Below are positions 61,081 to 64,000 of a DNA stretch of 64,000 bases, in pieces (position 1 is the first letter of the stretch; the number at the start of each line of letters is the position of its first letter). Made by a program: the position numbers and the translations under genes. Source of the stretch: Candidatus Delongbacteria bacterium (GTDB taxonomy: Bacteria > CAIWAD01); NCBI GenBank assembly GCA_963663545.1, contig OY760505.1, positions 1,024,001-1,088,000 on the forward strand. Direction: 5' to 3'. The notes under the pieces were generated by a model, which saw only the letters and a list, made by a program, of their open reading frames with translations, made no database searches and was not told the origin of the DNA.

Positions 61081-63384
61081 ATGAGATCCTTTCTTCTGAT
61101 CCTACATCTTTTGATCGCCACATCGGCCTGGGCCGGTCGTATCACGGGGTACGTTGAAGATGCGCGCTCCGGCGAGGCCTTGATTGGCGCTAACGTCATT
61201 GTGCAGGATTCGCGACTGGGCGCAGCCACCAACCTGGACGGCTACTTTGTTCTGATGGACCTTCCGCAAGGCACTTACGAACTACTGGCAAGCTATCAAG
61301 GATACCGCAGCGCTAGCGTGCTCGCTGTCATCCTGTCGGAGCAAGACACGCGTGTGGTCCTGAAGCTGGAACCCGCCGTCCTGGAACTAGAAGAACTCAT
61401 TGTATCACACGAAGAGAACGAGCGGGATCTTCAGCAGCAATCGGTGTATGCGGGGCAGGTGCGCCTCGACAAACGCCGGCTTGAAATGGCACCCCCTCTG
61501 CTGGAGCGCGATCTGGTGCGCGCCTTTCTGACGGTCCCTGGTGTATTGCCGACGAACGACTACTCGAGTGAGCTCAATGTTCGTGGCAGCCGAAGTGACG
61601 AGAACCTCTATCTGCTCGATGGAGTCGAGATCTATAACCCGAATCATCTCGGCGGCATCTTCTCCACCTTCATTCCCAGCGCAGTGAAACACGCCGATCT
61701 GTTGCGCTCCGGTTGGCCGGCCAGTTATGGTGGGAGAACCGGCGCCGTACTTGCTGTCGCCATGCGTGAGGGCAACCGTAAGAAGGTTGATGGCGAGCTC
61801 ACATTGGGCGCACTATCCAGCAGTGCCACCTTCAGCGGTCCTCTGCCTGGAATGAAAGGCGCCTCATGGCTGCTATCGGGGCGCCGCAGCTATCTGGATC
61901 TGGTAAGTCGTACACTCAGTGATACAAGCTTCCCCTATTACTTCAGTGATACACAAGGCAGACTGAATTGGGAACCCAGCACAAACGACAGGGTGTCCAT
62001 AAGCGGCTACATCGGACAGGACAATCTTGGTGCCAGCTCCCTTGATATTCGTTTTGGCAATCAGGCAGGAATCATCAACTGGCGCCACATCTGGAATACA
62101 CACATCTATAGCCGCGTCATTCTGTCTCACACGCGCTTTCGCAGCAGATTGGACTTTGGTGGCAAGGAGAATGTGTACCAGGAGAGCCGTCTTCAAGATT
62201 GGTCTGGCAGACTGCAACTGGAGTTCTACCCATTCGAGAGCATTTATCTCGAAGCGGGAACAGGTGTCAAGCAAGTGCGCAATTTCTATGAGTATTGGGT
62301 ACTGGGCGAGCGCGCCTATAACGAGTTGGATCGCATGAATGATCTGCACGCCTATCTAAATGCGAGGTGGCAGCCATTTCGGCGTTGGATCCTTGAACCC
62401 GGGCTCCGTGTATCACGGTTTCAAGAAGGCACTCTCTCTGTGAGACAGCATGCCTTCGTCCGTTGGGATCCACGGTTTGCGGCGAAGTACATCTTGCATG
62501 AAGGACTGCGCCTCAAAGCCTCCTGGGGATGGTATCACCAGGCAATGCAACAGCTCAAACGCGACGGCAGCAGTTTTGACTACGTGTGGTCGCTGATCGA
62601 CGAAAGTGCACCACCGGCATCAGCCGAGCACTTGTCTGCAGGACTTGAATTGGATTTGAGCGACGCGATGACTGCCGAGATTGAGTTGTATCACAAGAAC
62701 ATGCGCGATATTGTGGAAGCGCAGAATCTGGATCAACAAGAAAAGGGGCGCAGTCTCAGCAATCGTGATCGCTTCTGGTATGGACGCGGCGAGTCCTTTG
62801 GTGCTGATCTTATGCTTCAGCGAAATGAGGGTGCGTGGACGGGAAAACTGAGCTACAGCCTGTCTTGGGCTGTGCGGGAGTTTTCAGCAATAAACAATGG
62901 TGATCCATTTTATGCTGCGTACGATGCGCGTCAATCCGCACTGTTGATTCTCGATCGCGCATTTACCCACGATAATGAGAAGCCCTTTCCCTTCAGGTAT
63001 TTGCGTCTGTTCCGCTACAACCGCAGCAATCTCAGTGTGACAGTTCGCTACGCCGATGGTCCCAGGTACACGGAACCTGGAGCCCTGGTCTATCTGGGTA
63101 ATGAGGGTCTAAATCGTGGAGAAAGTGTGATACAAGCCTACGGTGCAAAGAATGCCTCGCAGCTACCGGCTTACTCACGTGTTGACATCGCCTGGACCTG
63201 GATGAAACTGCGCACAAAGTACGAGTTTGAATGCCGCATCGGACTGCTAAACGTGTTTAACAGCCCGAATTACTACAGCATCGACTTTGACGATAGCGAT
63301 CCTGCCAGTGATACGCCTTTGCTGGTCCGCAATCGAGGTGTATCACGACTTCCCAGCCTTGAGCTGACATGGAGGTTCAAATGA
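61081..63384 (+). CDS. TonB-dependent receptor, paralog of 57704..60004
   Basis: Shared FIPSAVKHADLLRSGW, KRDGSSFDYVW, NSPNYY, PSLELTWRF. Confidence 0.88.
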   Translation: MRSFLLILHLLIATSAWAGRITGYVEDARSGEALIGANVIVQDSRLGAATNLDGYFVLMDLPQGTYELLASYQGYRSASVLAVILSEQDTRVVLKLEPAVLELEELIVSHEENERDLQQQSVYAGQVRLDKRRLEMAPPLLERDLVRAFLTVPGVLPTNDYSSELNVRGSRSDENLYLLDGVEIYNPNHLGGIFSTFIPSAVKHADLLRSGWPASYGGRTGAVLAVAMREGNRKKVDGELTLGALSSSATFSGPLPGMKGASWLLSGRRSYLDLVSRTLSDTSFPYYFSDTQGRLNWEPSTNDRVSISGYIGQDNLGASSLDIRFGNQAGIINWRHIWNTHIYSRVILSHTRFRSRLDFGGKENVYQESRLQDWSGRLQLEFYPFESIYLEAGTGVKQVRNFYEYWVLGERAYNELDRMNDLHAYLNARWQPFRRWILEPGLRVSRFQEGTLSVRQHAFVRWDPRFAAKYILHEGLRLKASWGWYHQAMQQLKRDGSSFDYVWSLIDESAPPASAEHLSAGLELDLSDAMTAEIELYHKNMRDIVEAQNLDQQEKGRSLSNRDRFWYGRGESFGADLMLQRNEGAWTGKLSYSLSWAVREFSAINNGDPFYAAYDARQSALLILDRAFTHDNEKPFPFRYLRLFRYNRSNLSVTVRYADGPRYTEPGALVYLGNEGLNRGESVIQAYGAKNASQLPAYSRVDIAWTWMKLRTKYEFECRIGLLNVFNSPNYYSIDFDDSDPASDTPLLVRNRGVSRLPSLELTWRFK

Positions 63385-64000
63385 AGAAGAACTACATCCT
63401 CACGCTGGCTCTAACCATGCTGTTGATGCTTGCTGCTTGTGACACACTTCCTGATAACAAGCAGAACGTCGATCAAAAACTGACTTTAATTGCCATGCTT
63501 GAGCCGGGAAGTACTGGATTGCAGAAAGTCCACCTTACTCACCCGGTGTCAATCAACACTGAAGTCAACTACGAGAGCACATGGCAGCCTGGTGCATGGA
63601 TTCAGGTAATGAACACCAATGGTGATACACTCCTGCTGGACGAGGACGATGGCGAGTTCTGCTACATCTTCGACCGCAGCGAGTTTCCACTGCTCGAGGG
63701 AGACAGCGTGGGTGTTCGCGTTGAGGGTGAGTGGAATGATTTCGAATATGTGGCAGAGGCTTGGACGAGTATTGTATCACAGAGTGGTTTCTCATTTGTG
63801 AACCCTCCCTCTGGCGGTAACCTTGACTATCCCGCCGACAGCCTGATGTTCTTCGACGAGGAGCGCGAGAGTAACTTCACCGATGTTACCGCCTTCATGC
63901 TTGATTGGACAGACAACCCGGACGACGGCGTGAGTTATGAGTATCAGATAGAATTCCTTGCCGTATCACCCGGTCCGGATGGAGAATTCATTCGTACACC
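63381..64000 (+). CDS. Lipoprotein, paralog of 60004..60966 (truncated by window end)
   Basis: Read manually: MKKNYILTLALTMLLMLAACDTLP..., TGLQKVHL, NGDTLL, MFFDEE; ATGA overlap; absent from the ORF track because no stop lies in the window. Confidence 0.8.
   Translation, partial: MKKNYILTLALTMLLMLAACDTLPDNKQNVDQKLTLIAMLEPGSTGLQKVHLTHPVSINTEVNYESTWQPGAWIQVMNTNGDTLLLDEDDGEFCYIFDRSEFPLLEGDSVGVRVEGEWNDFEYVAEAWTSIVSQSGFSFVNPPSGGNLDYPADSLMFFDEERESNFTDVTAFMLDWTDNPDDGVSYEYQIEFLAVSPGPDGEFIRT

Larger units (their letters stand above)
2097..63969. repeat. Dispersed heptamer GTATCAC/GTGATAC (at least 95 copies)
   Basis: Manual scan; examples start at 2097, 2342, 2356, 2364, 4056, 4073, 9959, 17882, 21370, 35588, 42474, 54126, 55028, 61919, 63963. 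Confidence 0.9.

Noticed and set aside
2097..63969. Heptamer as Chi/KOPS or CRISPR repeat
   Set aside because: Orientation is balanced (48:47) and spacing is irregular; no repeat-spacer array or cas gene seen
1..64000. tRNA, rRNA, prophage or integrase
   Set aside because: None recognised by eye; tRNAscan-SE or Infernal would be needed to exclude small RNAs

Overview
64 kb of chromosomal DNA, roughly mid-50s % GC by eye. Nine proteins end in an NxPNPFNP...K C-terminal sorting domain, and there are bacillithiol genes and TonB-receptor/lipoprotein pairs; together these suggest an FCB-group bacterium (inference, not assigned by search). Left to right: a minus-strand unit trxB-nuoE-F-J-K-L-M-N-ogt-CitMHS-like transporter (no nuoG/H/I); two paralogous Asp-box secreted proteins and a beta-helix protein; sfsA and a CMD/AhpD gene; a SAM methyltransferase-bshC-bshB1-bshA-hisS cluster; a ~24 kb tandem array of seven Cys/Asp-rich secreted proteins; a RAYT-like HUH transposase; comM; three orphan envelope genes; a sirtuin, an RluA-type enzyme and an rRNA methyltransferase; and two tandem TonB-receptor + lipoprotein modules. 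The strongest unexplained signal is at DNA level. The non-palindromic heptamer GTATCAC/GTGATAC occurs at least 95 times by manual count (about 1.5 per kb, versus about 6-7 expected in total). It is balanced between strands, occurs in all reading frames and forces rare codons, which resembles a DNA-uptake-sequence or HIP1-type genome-wide motif of unknown function.
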